This document shows positions 47,820-57,970 of a stretch of 64,000 nucleotides of DNA, piece by piece. The position numbers and the translations under genes are program-made. The notes beneath the pieces were generated by a model. That model did not search any database, was not told where the DNA came from, and worked only from the letters and a program-made list of their open reading frames with translations. Positions within the stretch are counted from its first letter, which is position 1. Every line of letters starts with the position of its first letter. This DNA is from a virus, in IMG/VR virus record IMGVR_UViG_3300032294_001984, positions 3,967 to 67,966 of that record; one strand, written 5' to 3'.

Positions 47820-48599
47820 TTATTTTTTTATATTTCCATGAATATCAACAAGAATAGTTTCAGGATACCACGAATGGAAAAAATTATCTCTGGAGTAAAC
47901 GTATTTATTATTTCCAAATAAATGTGCGCACCAACTTAAAGAACTATTCGATGTTAAAAGAAAATCGGAATACATAAGGTGATAGAAAGTTGTAATAATA
48001 TCCTCATTAATATGTAACTTACAATTAAATTTATCAGTAAAAATTTTAAAACTTTCTTCATTACCTTGTGAAAAAATATGAATATCTAAATTTTCTTTGT
48101 ATGTATCTATTATATTTTCAATTAAATTAATAAAATAATTTTCTTTTGTTTTATCGAAATATTCTCTATTTTGATTATAACAAACATCTTCATTATTTAA
48201 AGCCCTTATATGAATAGAAACTGTCTTTTTTTCTTTACTGAAAAAAAACGGTCCATCATAAACTATCATTTCATTTAATTCTTGTATAAATTCTTTTTTC
48301 TCTTTATTAAATTTCTCCCCCCATTCTTTAATTAACCAATGTGGGTCAATAAAATCTCCCATTTGGGATTCATACGATGAGAAAGAAAAAAAATCATTTA
48401 ATTTTTTTGTGTAAGATTCGGGAGTTTCTGTAGTGTACTGATGATGGGAAATGTTACTTAGTTTTAACATACATGGATGGTAATTCATTATTCTACAATA
48501 AGCATAAAGATGTAATTGTGATTGTAATATCGAACCCAATCCTTCTTCATTATTTCCATCATTACGGGTATATTTTGATAACATATCTAACTCAACCAT
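47820..48599 (-). CDS. GT11/GT23-like glycosyltransferase
   Basis: GLGS, SIHIR and SNSSLSW. Confidence 0.65.
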   Translation of the reverse strand: MVELDMLSKYTRNDGNNEEGLGSILQSQLHLYAYCRIMNYHPCMLKLSNISHHQYTTETPESYTKKLNDFFSFSSYESQMGDFIDPHWLIKEWGEKFNKEKKEFIQELNEMIVYDGPFFFSKEKKTVSIHIRALNNEDVCYNQNREYFDKTKENYFINLIENIIDTYKENLDIHIFSQGNEESFKIFTDKFNCKLHINEDIITTFYHLMYSDFLLTSNSSLSWCAHLFGNNKYVYSRDNFFHSWYPETILVDIHGNIKK

Positions 48600-49396
48600 C
48601 CGTCTTCATATTTTACATCTAATACTGTCCAATTTGGCTCGTATATATCTTTATAATTTTGTGGACCCCTTGGACCAAACCAAATTGAAGGTGCAACAAT
48701 TTTTTTATTTGGGGTTGTGTTTAAGAATGTACCCCACCATGAAAAAGTAGAATTAACCATGATGTGATTTTCACATAAAGACATTAACCACATTTCTTTA
48801 TAATCTTCATCTTCAACATAGGTAACATTGTTAAATTTTAATTTATCCTTTACCCATTCTTTATCGTCACTAAAAACAAAAACATGTGAGTATTCACCAA
48901 TTTCTTTAAGAGCTCTTTCAACATATATTTCATTTGCAATAGGATGAATATCAGGATTCATAAAACAATCACCTCTACGAATGTGGATTGATAAAGTATT
49001 TTTTTGTTTTAGTTCAGGGTGTCTTTCATACATTTCGTTGATAAATTCTTCGGTTGGAGAAAATATTTTTTTTATTTCATCATCAAACCCTAAAAAATTT
49101 TTACTACTTTGAAAGTATCCGTCAAACACGGTATTATCGTCTTTAGGTGATGTGTCACTATATTCCCACGGACCTTCAAAAACTTTTTCAAACTCCCCAA
49201 TACTATCTACAAATTTTAAATTTCTAAAAACATTATTAATATAATTTGATGCTTGTCGACCTTGCATTGGTGTCCACGACTGAGGAATAAAAACAACTTC
49301 TCGATTGTGTTTCATTCCTTGAGCCAATGCGTGTGCCGCTTGAAATATTTGATTACCTAATCCTCCCATCAAATTACATGATATAAAGTTACTCAT
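48587..49396 (-). CDS. GT11 alpha-1,2-fucosyltransferase-like protein
   Basis: GGLGNQIFQ, HIRRGD, FSDD and NSTFSWWG. Confidence 0.9.
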   Translation of the reverse strand: MSNFISCNLMGGLGNQIFQAAHALAQGMKHNREVVFIPQSWTPMQGRQASNYINNVFRNLKFVDSIGEFEKVFEGPWEYSDTSPKDDNTVFDGYFQSSKNFLGFDDEIKKIFSPTEEFINEMYERHPELKQKNTLSIHIRRGDCFMNPDIHPIANEIYVERALKEIGEYSHVFVFSDDKEWVKDKLKFNNVTYVEDEDYKEMWLMSLCENHIMVNSTFSWWGTFLNTTPNKKIVAPSIWFGPRGPQNYKDIYEPNWTVLDVKYEDGWLS

Positions 49397-49403
49397 TCGA
49401 TTA

Positions 49404-50561
49404 TTATAATTTAATTTTATATCCTTGGGGTTCAGTTCCCGGTTTAAAAAATTTTAATCTATTATTGTATAATTCGCTCATTTCTTGTAATTTGTTAATG
49501 ACGGAATCTATCTCAATAATATGTAAAGTATAACCTTCATTTAATAAATCAATACACAATTGGAATTGTTGTGATTCTTCTAATATATCAGTCCCTTTTT
49601 TATATGTTATATATTCCATAACAAATGGGACTAATTTATCGGGATTTCTTTGCATAAAGTAATTTTTAATGAAGTTAGCGTGCTCCTTATTAAAATTATC
49701 AACAGTTAATGGTAGGTTTAGTTCCATACCAAGATTATTTGCAAAATGTCCTAAAGCTCTGTTGTCTCTTGGTAAACAAGGTCCACCAAACCCGAACCCA
49801 TATTTTAAATATTTTTTACCAACTCTTGAATCCCCGCCAATGGCACTTAACACTATGTTAATTTCATCTTGAATTCCGGATTTAATCATGATATCACCCA
49901 TCATATTAGCATAACTAATTTTTGTTGTTAGAAAACAATTAATCCCGATTTTAGTTATTTCTGCTGCCTTTGGTGACATTACATAAGCATTTACGGGAGT
50001 AGTTTGAATTTTGTCATAAATTCCAATTAATTCATTTGATAATTCTGTATACTCCGTCCCAATTAAAACAATATCAGATTGTTCAAGACCTTTCAAAATT
50101 TCACCTTGTGCAATAAATTCAGGGTTATAAGCAACTTGTATGTTAAACATATTTAATCTTGTTTGGATTTGTTCTACATCACCAGGATTTGTTGTACAAC
50201 CGACAATAAACTTTTTTTCGTGTAATGGAATATTTAACGAAGATGCTGTGTAAAAGTCCGAAACAACTTCAAATACTCTTGTTGTGTCATAATTTCCATC
50301 TAATGTTGATGGTGTTGCAACAAATGTAAAAATAATATCAGAATTCCTAATAATTTCAATATTGTTAGTAGTTGCACTAAAATTTTTTGAATCCAATAAC
50401 ATTGATTGGATTAGAGGTTCATTTGTATTACAAATTTTTTTATTTAAGTTAAAGATATAATCTTCTCTAACATCTGATACGATAACATCATATCCATTTT
50501 TTTCACATAATAATGCAAAGGTTAAACCTAATCTACCTGCACCGATAATACCTATTTTCAT
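49404..50561 (-). CDS. ugd: UDP-glucose/GDP-mannose 6-dehydrogenase
   Basis: GAGRLG, YNPEF, KISYAN and catalytic GFGGPCLPRD. Confidence 0.88.
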   Translation of the reverse strand: MKIGIIGAGRLGLTFALLCEKNGYDVIVSDVREDYIFNLNKKICNTNEPLIQSMLLDSKNFSATTNNIEIIRNSDIIFTFVATPSTLDGNYDTTRVFEVVSDFYTASSLNIPLHEKKFIVGCTTNPGDVEQIQTRLNMFNIQVAYNPEFIAQGEILKGLEQSDIVLIGTEYTELSNELIGIYDKIQTTPVNAYVMSPKAAEITKIGINCFLTTKISYANMMGDIMIKSGIQDEINIVLSAIGGDSRVGKKYLKYGFGFGGPCLPRDNRALGHFANNLGMELNLPLTVDNFNKEHANFIKNYFMQRNPDKLVPFVMEYITYKKGTDILEESQQFQLCIDLLNEGYTLHIIEIDSVINKLQEMSELYNNRLKFFKPGTEPQGYKIKL

Positions 50562-50613
50562 ATTATTTCATTTTATTTTAAAATTATAAATTAAGTTAAA
50601 TACTAATTTATTG

Positions 50614-51240
50614 TTATGTTATTAACCAAGTATAGTCAACATTCATATTTTGTATATTACTAAATCCTGGTGATTGTGTTGCGATTAAAGGGTTAAAACT
50701 ATAAAAATTGTAATTATTTTGTAATTTTTGGTACACAACATCAGATTGATAATTAAACTTCTTTAATTCCCCAATAATAATTTCAAACATTCTTTTATGT
50801 ATCAGAACACAATGGGCGGCATATGTATTATAAACTCTAATAATTTTATCATTAACCCTATCTAAATTTATAACACCAGAATGAGTATTATGATTCCCTC
50901 CAAAGTATACAAAATCCCAATCATTTGGTAACTTTTCAAAATACTCGTTTAGATTGTAGAGGTTGTTATTAAATTTACAATCATCCTCAATCATTAATAT
51001 TGTCTCATAATTGTTTTCTATTGATTTTTCTAAAATTCTAATAGTTGAGTAAATTATACCTAATTCCCCATTATTTAAATGTTTATATTCATTTTTTAAT
51101 GATGAGCCGTCTACAGCTTCAAAAACTTCAAACTCACCTAAATCATAATGATTAACTTGACTTATAAAATTATTTAATCTATCCTCTCGTTTTTTTAAAT
51201 TAATTAAGAAAGTTTTATCAAATTTATCAAAAAGTTTCAC
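50614..51240 (-). CDS. GT25-family glycosyltransferase
   Basis: INLKKREDR, EAVDG and IEDD. Confidence 0.85.
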   Translation of the reverse strand: MKLFDKFDKTFLINLKKREDRLNNFISQVNHYDLGEFEVFEAVDGSSLKNEYKHLNNGELGIIYSTIRILEKSIENNYETILMIEDDCKFNNNLYNLNEYFEKLPNDWDFVYFGGNHNTHSGVINLDRVNDKIIRVYNTYAAHCVLIHKRMFEIIIGELKKFNYQSDVVYQKLQNNYNFYSFNPLIATQSPGFSNIQNMNVDYTWLIT

Positions 51241-51252
51241 AGTAAATTATGG

Positions 51253-51816
51253 TTAATGGTTTATTTTATACATTACCTCAGGAGTGACAATATAATTATT
51301 AGTCAATGATTTTAATTTTAATAAAAAATCAAAATCCTCCCCATCTCTATTATTATCAAATCTAAGATTTTCGAATTTATTTCTATAACAATATGATATC
51401 CCAACATTCCCAAATTGTATTGAATCTCCTTGGGGTAACACCCTACCGTCAGGGTATATCATTTTCCATATAATAAAATCATAATCATTGTATTTATGAA
51501 ATAATGTGTCAACATATGTTGGGTCTAACGTATCGTCATCATCTAAGAATCCAATCCAATCAGTATCAACTAAATCTATTCCTGCATTTCTAACAAGTCC
51601 CGACATACCATGATAAGGACTGCTCCCCCCTAACTTTTCTATTTTTAAACATTTAATTCTTTCATCATTAAACTCAACACCATCTACACCATCATAAATG
51701 ATAATACATTTCCAATTGGGATTGGATTGATTTAAAAGTGAGTTAACACTATTTGTTAGTGTCGTTCGATTTACCGAAGGAATTATAAATGTAATTTTAC
51801 TATCAATTGTTTGCAT
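51253..51816 (-). CDS. Glycosyltransferase family 2
   Basis: FIIPS, RNAG, FLDDDD and GEDFDF. Confidence 0.85.
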   Translation of the reverse strand: MQTIDSKITFIIPSVNRTTLTNSVNSLLNQSNPNWKCIIIYDGVDGVEFNDERIKCLKIEKLGGSSPYHGMSGLVRNAGIDLVDTDWIGFLDDDDTLDPTYVDTLFHKYNDYDFIIWKMIYPDGRVLPQGDSIQFGNVGISYCYRNKFENLRFDNNRDGEDFDFLLKLKSLTNNYIVTPEVMYKINH

Positions 51817-53326
51817 ATAATAATAAATTTTTTATTTTATCTAAATTTTGATTAATGAATGGAATTAATTTAGTATTATAATCAATTAATTCTTGTTCAT
51901 TTTTATCCGAAGATTGATTTCTTGTTTGACTTTCTAAATGATATGCAACTAAATTACCATTAAAATAATTATTGTAACCTAGTGAAATACATTTAATATT
52001 AAGTTCAACATCTTCAAAACAACCATAATAAATTTCATTAAAAAATCCACACTTTTCAAATAAAGATTTTTTAACCATGAGTAATGCCCCTGTATTACCT
52101 AACACTTGTTTTGTTGAGTTATTATAGTTATAGTAACTATGGAGTCCGTCGTGAGTTACTTTAAGTGACCTATCAGGATATGCAATCATAATAATACCAT
52201 TATGTTGTATTGTATTGTCACCATAGTGGAGTCTTGCCCCAATAGTCCCTACATTAATATTATCTTTAAATGTCTTTAACATACCATAAATAACATTATT
52301 TAATACCACAATATCGTTATTACAGAATAATAAAAATTCAAAAGTATCATCAATATGGTTTTTAACCACATCGTTATTTATTTTAGCAAAATTATAATAA
52401 TCATACTCAATCAATTTGATTATTACATTCTCTTTGTTTTTAATAATGAAGTTTTTAATTTGTGTTTTTTCTTCTTCAGAAGACCCGGTATCGGCAATAA
52501 AGATTTCAAAAATATTTGTATTACAATGGGTAACTAATGAGTTAATACAATTAAATAACATATCAACATTTCCTTTTGTCGGTATGATGACCGCAACTTT
52601 TTTAATGTTTTTAATTGGTTTTTCCTTTATCTGGTCAACAAAAACTTTAGTTGGTTTTAAATCTATTGGCAAGACAGATTTGTATTTTTCTAAAAACTTA
52701 TCTTTACTATGAAAAAATTCTTCATTTGGTTGACCAACGGATTGATGAGTAATTTCAAATGAAGTTGTTACTCCAATTTTTATTCCATCCAAATAATTCG
52801 GTAAACAAAATCCATGGTCATAAAAATGAAATCTACCAAAACTTTCATCAAACAAATGTTTAATTTTTGTTTTATTAAATGAAATGAATAATCCATCAAT
52901 AGTTACAACAGGGATTAATTCAGGTAGTTTTGTGGAGTATTTGTTAATCCATTTCTTTTGTCCCGGAGGATGATGGTAAACTTGACCTACCATTGTTTGA
53001 TTCAGTCTTTCCCAATAAACACCTGACTCAGGGAAATAACAAGAACCCGCTTTTCCAATTACACCGAATTCGGGGGAATTAGAAAAATCCTGAATTAATT
53101 TCTTACCCCACCCATTCTCTAATCTAATATCGTTATGACAACATACCACAATATCATATTTTGATTGTGATATTCCTTTATTATACACCTCGGCAAGTGA
53201 ATATTGATTATGATTTTCAAATTCTAATATTTCATAATCTTTAATTCCGATTGTTTTAGATAAATGAGATTTGAATTCTTTATTGTAATTCAAATCTTTA
53301 TGTGTTGAGTAAATTATTGTTATCAT
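51803..53326 (-). CDS. Two-domain GT2-like glycosyltransferase
   Basis: An N-terminal domain with HNDI and FHFYD, plus a C-terminal GT2 domain (NNDI, FEDVE, HLESQTR). Confidence 0.85.
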   Translation of the reverse strand: MITIIYSTHKDLNYNKEFKSHLSKTIGIKDYEILEFENHNQYSLAEVYNKGISQSKYDIVVCCHNDIRLENGWGKKLIQDFSNSPEFGVIGKAGSCYFPESGVYWERLNQTMVGQVYHHPPGQKKWINKYSTKLPELIPVVTIDGLFISFNKTKIKHLFDESFGRFHFYDHGFCLPNYLDGIKIGVTTSFEITHQSVGQPNEEFFHSKDKFLEKYKSVLPIDLKPTKVFVDQIKEKPIKNIKKVAVIIPTKGNVDMLFNCINSLVTHCNTNIFEIFIADTGSSEEEKTQIKNFIIKNKENVIIKLIEYDYYNFAKINNDVVKNHIDDTFEFLLFCNNDIVVLNNVIYGMLKTFKDNINVGTIGARLHYGDNTIQHNGIIMIAYPDRSLKVTHDGLHSYYNYNNSTKQVLGNTGALLMVKKSLFEKCGFFNEIYYGCFEDVELNIKCISLGYNNYFNGNLVAYHLESQTRNQSSDKNEQELIDYNTKLIPFINQNLDKIKNLLLYANN

Positions 53327-54035
53327 TATGTATAAATTTTAGTGCTGTAACGTCTTCGATTTCATTTATATTATGAGCATCAAACTCATCTATATTTCTT
53401 TTTTGATAGGTATCTGACCTACCTCGATTTATTTTCTCTATAAATTCTTCTCTTGTTTTACAAAAATAATGATTAATTTGTGCTATATCATCTAAAGTAT
53501 TTCTATTAAAACTTCCGGAAAAAAGTTCTTTATTTGTATTACACAACATTTTATTATGAGGTGCGTGAACCCCCATAATTACATCATTGGTTAGTTTAAT
53601 CGTTGACTTAATGTGTTCATTAACACCTAATTGTCTTTTAGTAAATCTCTTTATGACACTATATTCATCGGTAACTCCGGTTAAATTATTATCACCAAAT
53701 AAAATCCAATTAACCCCAATCCCATCAAAATCTTGATAATCTTGTATAAATTCTTTTATGTTTTTATGTTTCTTTAAAACCAAAAATTCATCAACATCAA
53801 AAAACGATACCCAATCATAATTAGTTTTATTTTTTTGGATAAAATCATTATATGCAGGTACTTGACGAACTTCACCATCATATTCAATTTTAATAACATT
53901 AGGTTCTTCTATTTGACACCTCCAATTATTTTGATAAATAAAAATGTCATCATACCCTAATTTTTTATGATAATCAATCCATTCTTGGATATAATTATCT
54001 TCGTTTTTTGCAATACAAACTAACGCTATTTTCAT
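53298..54035 (-). CDS. GT92/GT2-like glycosyltransferase
   Basis: From ATG54035: CIAKNEDNYIQEWIDYH...FFDVDEF...INHY. Confidence 0.82.
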   Translation of the reverse strand: MKIALVCIAKNEDNYIQEWIDYHKKLGYDDIFIYQNNWRCQIEEPNVIKIEYDGEVRQVPAYNDFIQKNKTNYDWVSFFDVDEFLVLKKHKNIKEFIQDYQDFDGIGVNWILFGDNNLTGVTDEYSVIKRFTKRQLGVNEHIKSTIKLTNDVIMGVHAPHNKMLCNTNKELFSGSFNRNTLDDIAQINHYFCKTREEFIEKINRGRSDTYQKRNIDEFDAHNINEIEDVTALKFIHNDNNNLLNT

Positions 54036-54036
54036 A

Positions 54037-54663
54037 TTAAACAATTCCCGTTGAACCAAATCCATTATCCCCCCTATCTTTATCTTCGACTTTACCAACT
54101 TGTTCAAATATAACATATTTTCCTTGAACAACAGGGCATAACACACCTTGACCAACTTTCATTCCTTTAGGGATTGTGACAGTCGTATTATTTGTGTTGA
54201 AAACAATTACTTGTATTTCTCCTGTGTATCCTTGGTCTACAGTTCCCGGAGTATTAAGAACCGTTAACCCTTGTTTGATAGCTAAACCACTTTTAGGTCT
54301 AACTTGAATCTCATAACCTTCTTGAAATGAAACTTTTAATCCTGTTGGGACTAACGCTCTTCCAAATGGACCTATGATTACTTCTTCTGCGGCGTGTAAA
54401 TCAAAACCCGAATCAGACGGATAAGCATATTTTGGAAAAACAGAATCTTCATTGACTAATTCAACTTTAATGGTTCTTGACCTTAATGATTGGTTAATTT
54501 CGTTTTCCATTTCTTCAGTTGAAAGTCCTAGCAATTCTTCTAATTCTTTTTGATATTCTTCATCAGTTTCTATACCCAAATCTGATTTAATTTTTTCAAA
54601 TTGTTTTGCAATCTCTTCTCTTGTTTTTGGGTCAAATGCTCCCATATTATTTAACTCTAACAT
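54037..54663 (-). CDS. dut: Trimeric dUTPase with an N-terminal extension
   Basis: SGFDL, RPKSGLA, GTVDQGYTGE and RGDNGFGSTG. Confidence 0.93.
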   Translation of the reverse strand: MLELNNMGAFDPKTREEIAKQFEKIKSDLGIETDEEYQKELEELLGLSTEEMENEINQSLRSRTIKVELVNEDSVFPKYAYPSDSGFDLHAAEEVIIGPFGRALVPTGLKVSFQEGYEIQVRPKSGLAIKQGLTVLNTPGTVDQGYTGEIQVIVFNTNNTTVTIPKGMKVGQGVLCPVVQGKYVIFEQVGKVEDKDRGDNGFGSTGIV

Positions 54664-55364
54664 TATTTTAATTCATTTAATTTTTTTATGACATCGATTA
54701 ACACCGATACGTCTTTTTCACAATATTCTACAATACCCTTTATATCTTTTTTTACCCAAAATGCCTCATGAACTTTATTTCCGGTCACTTCCATATTTTT
54801 GGAAGACTCGACTCCCAAACATACACACATGAGTTCTAATGATGCGATTGAACCATATCCACCATATTGCCAAACTTCTTTGGTATCTAATGCTTTAATT
54901 TCCCATGGCTTAGTATCGTGTCCGGGTAATATTTTTGGCGGCATAATTCCATTCATTATCATTCGTTTTGCCAACATCGGAATATCAAATCCTTTAACAT
55001 TGTGTCCACATAAAAAGAAACCAAGTTCCCCAACTCTATGTAATAGTTTTTGAACTTCTTGTAACATCACTTTTTCATCGGGATTACTAAACGATTGCAT
55101 TTTGGTTTCCCCTTTGTCAGTTACGAAGGCAACACTCACACAAGCAATCCTTGCGAACTCAGGAACTAACGCTGAGCGGTTAACAAACATATCCCCGACA
55201 GGTTTGTCGGCATCTTCAGGAAATCTTTTTTGAAACCAATCGTGGTAATTTTCAAATTGAAATGCCAACTCGGGTCTGTTCGTTTTGAGAGATTCCCAAT
55301 CAGGTTGGACTCCAACCGTTTCAATATCTAAAAATAAAAGTTTTGTTAATGGTATGTTTATCAT
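54663..55364 (-). CDS. PolB-like 3'-5' exonuclease (DEDDy)
   Basis: LDIET, GHNVKGFDIP, LDT and YCEKDV. Confidence 0.87.
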   Translation of the reverse strand: MINIPLTKLLFLDIETVGVQPDWESLKTNRPELAFQFENYHDWFQKRFPEDADKPVGDMFVNRSALVPEFARIACVSVAFVTDKGETKMQSFSNPDEKVMLQEVQKLLHRVGELGFFLCGHNVKGFDIPMLAKRMIMNGIMPPKILPGHDTKPWEIKALDTKEVWQYGGYGSIASLELMCVCLGVESSKNMEVTGNKVHEAFWVKKDIKGIVEYCEKDVSVLIDVIKKLNELK

Positions 55365-56572
55365 TTGATTACTGATTTATAAAATGAAGCTCTATCTTTT
55401 GTCACATTATTCAAGTCATATTTGTCCTTTACGGTTTCATATAACCTTTCACCCATATCTTTAACCATGTTTGGATTTTTAACCAATTTTTCAATGTACT
55501 TAGACCAATCAGAGTGATTTCTTTTTTCGTCAACCAACATAGCATTTCCATCAACAAAATTACCATGTTCTAAACAATGTTTCAAATCTATGGTATATGG
55601 CCCAATATTTGACGCGATAATTGCTTTCTTGTAAAATCCTGCTTCAATCACTTTCAATTGAGATTTCATTCGGTTAAACATGTGGTTTTTAATTGGAGCT
55701 AAAGATATATCAAATTTTGAATAATTCTTCGCATAAGATGTTACAGGTTGTGTCCAAACTCTAACATATGCTTCATTTAACTCATTTGGGTATTTTGTTT
55801 CTTGGGTATATTGTAACAAATATTTTTTATACTCTTCAGAAACCGTTGTAAGATTTTTTGTGAATATCTTCTCATATTGAGCCCAAACCGTTTCGTGAGG
55901 TAAAATGTTTCTTTTTTTATGTTCACCTGTTTGTTGATTAATCTCGGTCACAGTTCCTCTCGTATCAAATCCACATAGAACAAATTGTAGTTTGTCTTTA
56001 CATTGAGAAATCCTTGTAAAATCTAATAATTGTAAATCGTGTAAATGTGATGACCCACCTAACCACCCAACTCTCATTCTATCTGATTCTATTGTAGGTT
56101 CTTTGAATTGAGGTTCGTTTGGATTAATTGCATTTGGAAAAACCACAACATTTTTATTGTATTTACGAACCTCGTCCGCAAATAATTCGGTTGTTGTTGT
56201 AACATATTTGGAAACTCTAAGATTTGCGACGATTTTTTCATTAATCTTATTAACTCGAATAATATCGTGAATAGGGTGTTCTTTACCCGGCATCCAATAA
56301 TCATCAATATCACAAATAGTTACAATTCCAAGGTCATTTAATTTTTGAATTAATGCGTGAGCTCTTTCAAAATCATGACCAATACTTCTATGATATGCAA
56401 CGATTTGATACTCCTTCCAAAAGTTCATATCATCATATGATGGGTCATAAACTATATCAACATGGAATTCATTTCCGTATAAATTTTGTAGGAAGACATG
56501 AGGGTCAACTGACCTGAATTTACCCACACCTGTTCTATCAGATGGGACAACTAATACTTTGATTTTAGACAT
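55361..56572 (-). CDS. GT-B glycosyltransferase
   Basis: DIDDYW, GWLGGSSH, DISLAP and FNRMKSQLKVIEAG. Confidence 0.8.
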   Translation of the reverse strand: MSKIKVLVVPSDRTGVGKFRSVDPHVFLQNLYGNEFHVDIVYDPSYDDMNFWKEYQIVAYHRSIGHDFERAHALIQKLNDLGIVTICDIDDYWMPGKEHPIHDIIRVNKINEKIVANLRVSKYVTTTTELFADEVRKYNKNVVVFPNAINPNEPQFKEPTIESDRMRVGWLGGSSHLHDLQLLDFTRISQCKDKLQFVLCGFDTRGTVTEINQQTGEHKKRNILPHETVWAQYEKIFTKNLTTVSEEYKKYLLQYTQETKYPNELNEAYVRVWTQPVTSYAKNYSKFDISLAPIKNHMFNRMKSQLKVIEAGFYKKAIIASNIGPYTIDLKHCLEHGNFVDGNAMLVDEKRNHSDWSKYIEKLVKNPNMVKDMGERLYETVKDKYDLNNVTKDRASFYKSVIK

Positions 56573-56629
56573 AATTAATTAATATATTTTTTTAAAATAT
56601 AGTAATTTTAGTCTAAGAATAAAGGGGGG

Positions 56630-57256
56630 CTAAGATAATTTTTTAATTTTTGTCACTTTTCCTTCAAATACATGTTTACCTACTTTGAATGTAAAAACCT
56701 CATTAGATTTTTCAGAACTTTCAGTGATTAAACCATTCTCGTGTAATGCTTCATTTACCGCCTCATTAATCATTTTTTTAATTAAATCGTAATCAATACC
56801 CGATGTAGATGATTGAGTTTGTTGTTTTGGTTTTGCGGATTCAGGAATATAACTACCTTCATTTTTTTTCATTAACCTTGATGCCTTCTCAATTAACTCA
56901 TTTGAAATAGTTGTTGTTTGTGATTGAGGTTGAGCAATCGGATGTTCCATCATTAACCTTTTAATTTCATCAGGTAACTTAGAATTTTTAATAGCGTCTA
57001 CAGTAGGAACTCCAACAGGTTTTGTATTTTCTCTTGGTTCGTTTGAAACAAAAGGTTGATTTCTTTGTTGTGATTCACCTAAAAATTCGCTTGGAATATT
57101 ATATTTTGCATTCGGAATGTTAAATGTTTCCGGGGTGTTTAATTGTTGTAACGATGTTGGTGGTAACCCTCCGTTTAAAGAATTAGAACTTTTTATTCCA
57201 TCTGCTTTATCCATAATTGCTTTTGATAAAGCTAATTTTTCCATTAATCTATCCAT
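56630..57256 (-). CDS. Hypothetical protein
   Basis: 208-aa ORF. Confidence 0.7.
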   Translation of the reverse strand: MDRLMEKLALSKAIMDKADGIKSSNSLNGGLPPTSLQQLNTPETFNIPNAKYNIPSEFLGESQQRNQPFVSNEPRENTKPVGVPTVDAIKNSKLPDEIKRLMMEHPIAQPQSQTTTISNELIEKASRLMKKNEGSYIPESAKPKQQTQSSTSGIDYDLIKKMINEAVNEALHENGLITESSEKSNEVFTFKVGKHVFEGKVTKIKKLS

Positions 57257-57274
57257 ATTATATTTATTTTCTTG

Positions 57275-57673
57275 TTATGTCGCCGGAGTTCCTTCAAATT
57301 TAGCATTAATAATTACACTAGTCATGCTTTTGTCTCCATTAAAATTATAATTAGGTCGTGGAGTATTGTAAATCTCACCAGTTGGTTTACTTGAAAGTAT
57401 TTTATCTAATCTAAAAATCCTCCATCCGGGTAAAGGTTGTTCTCCTTTAAATCCTGTATAAGAAGCTCCTTCACTATCCCATACTCTTAAAATTTTGTTA
57501 CCTGCTTTACTAACTCCTAAACACACAGGTTCAATTTGACGTAACCCTCTACCACCCGGTTCATCACCATCATAATAGATTATTAAAACTTTTCTATTTT
57601 TTATTGCATCAACAATACTATCGATTGAGGCAATCTCACAAATTAAACCTTTTAATGCTCCTTGGAGTTTCAT
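57275..57673 (-). CDS. Stand-alone WYL-domain protein
   Basis: AIKNRKVLIIYY...RQIEPVCLG...GWRIFRLDKI. Confidence 0.8.
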   Translation of the reverse strand: MKLQGALKGLICEIASIDSIVDAIKNRKVLIIYYDGDEPGGRGLRQIEPVCLGVSKAGNKILRVWDSEGASYTGFKGEQPLPGWRIFRLDKILSSKPTGEIYNTPRPNYNFNGDKSMTSVIINAKFEGTPAT

Positions 57674-57966
57674 TAGAAATTAGGGTAAGTTTTAGATGGG
57701 TTAAATTTATTTTTAACAATTGTATTTTTACGTTCAGTTACATCTTCAATTGTTCCCGCACCATTATTATACACATCTAAAAATATTCCCGTTCCTCTAC
57801 CTCTAGAATCCCCATCAGCAAGAGCGTCTTTATTAACTGCGGAATATTCATTACCAACTCTATTATAATCGTTTCTAGGGATTAAACTTATTCTTTGTTG
57901 GTCTGAAAGTGCCGTCAATTGATTATTTTCTGTTTGATTTAAATTTACTGGAATTTGAGCTGGCAT
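57673..57966 (-). CDS. Hypothetical protein
   Basis: 97-aa ORF containing DALADGDSRGRGTG. Confidence 0.7.
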   Translation of the reverse strand: MPAQIPVNLNQTENNQLTALSDQQRISLIPRNDYNRVGNEYSAVNKDALADGDSRGRGTGIFLDVYNNGAGTIEDVTERKNTIVKNKFNPSKTYPNF

Positions 57967-57970
57967 AGTT

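Noticed and set aside
37614-56572. Glycan cluster as host chromosomal DNA (prophage boundary or chimeric assembly)
   Set aside because: Composition and tight gene packing match the flanks, phage-type genes (phoH, dut, exonuclease, sigma factor) are interleaved, and no wzx/wzy/ABC export genes or integrase are seen.
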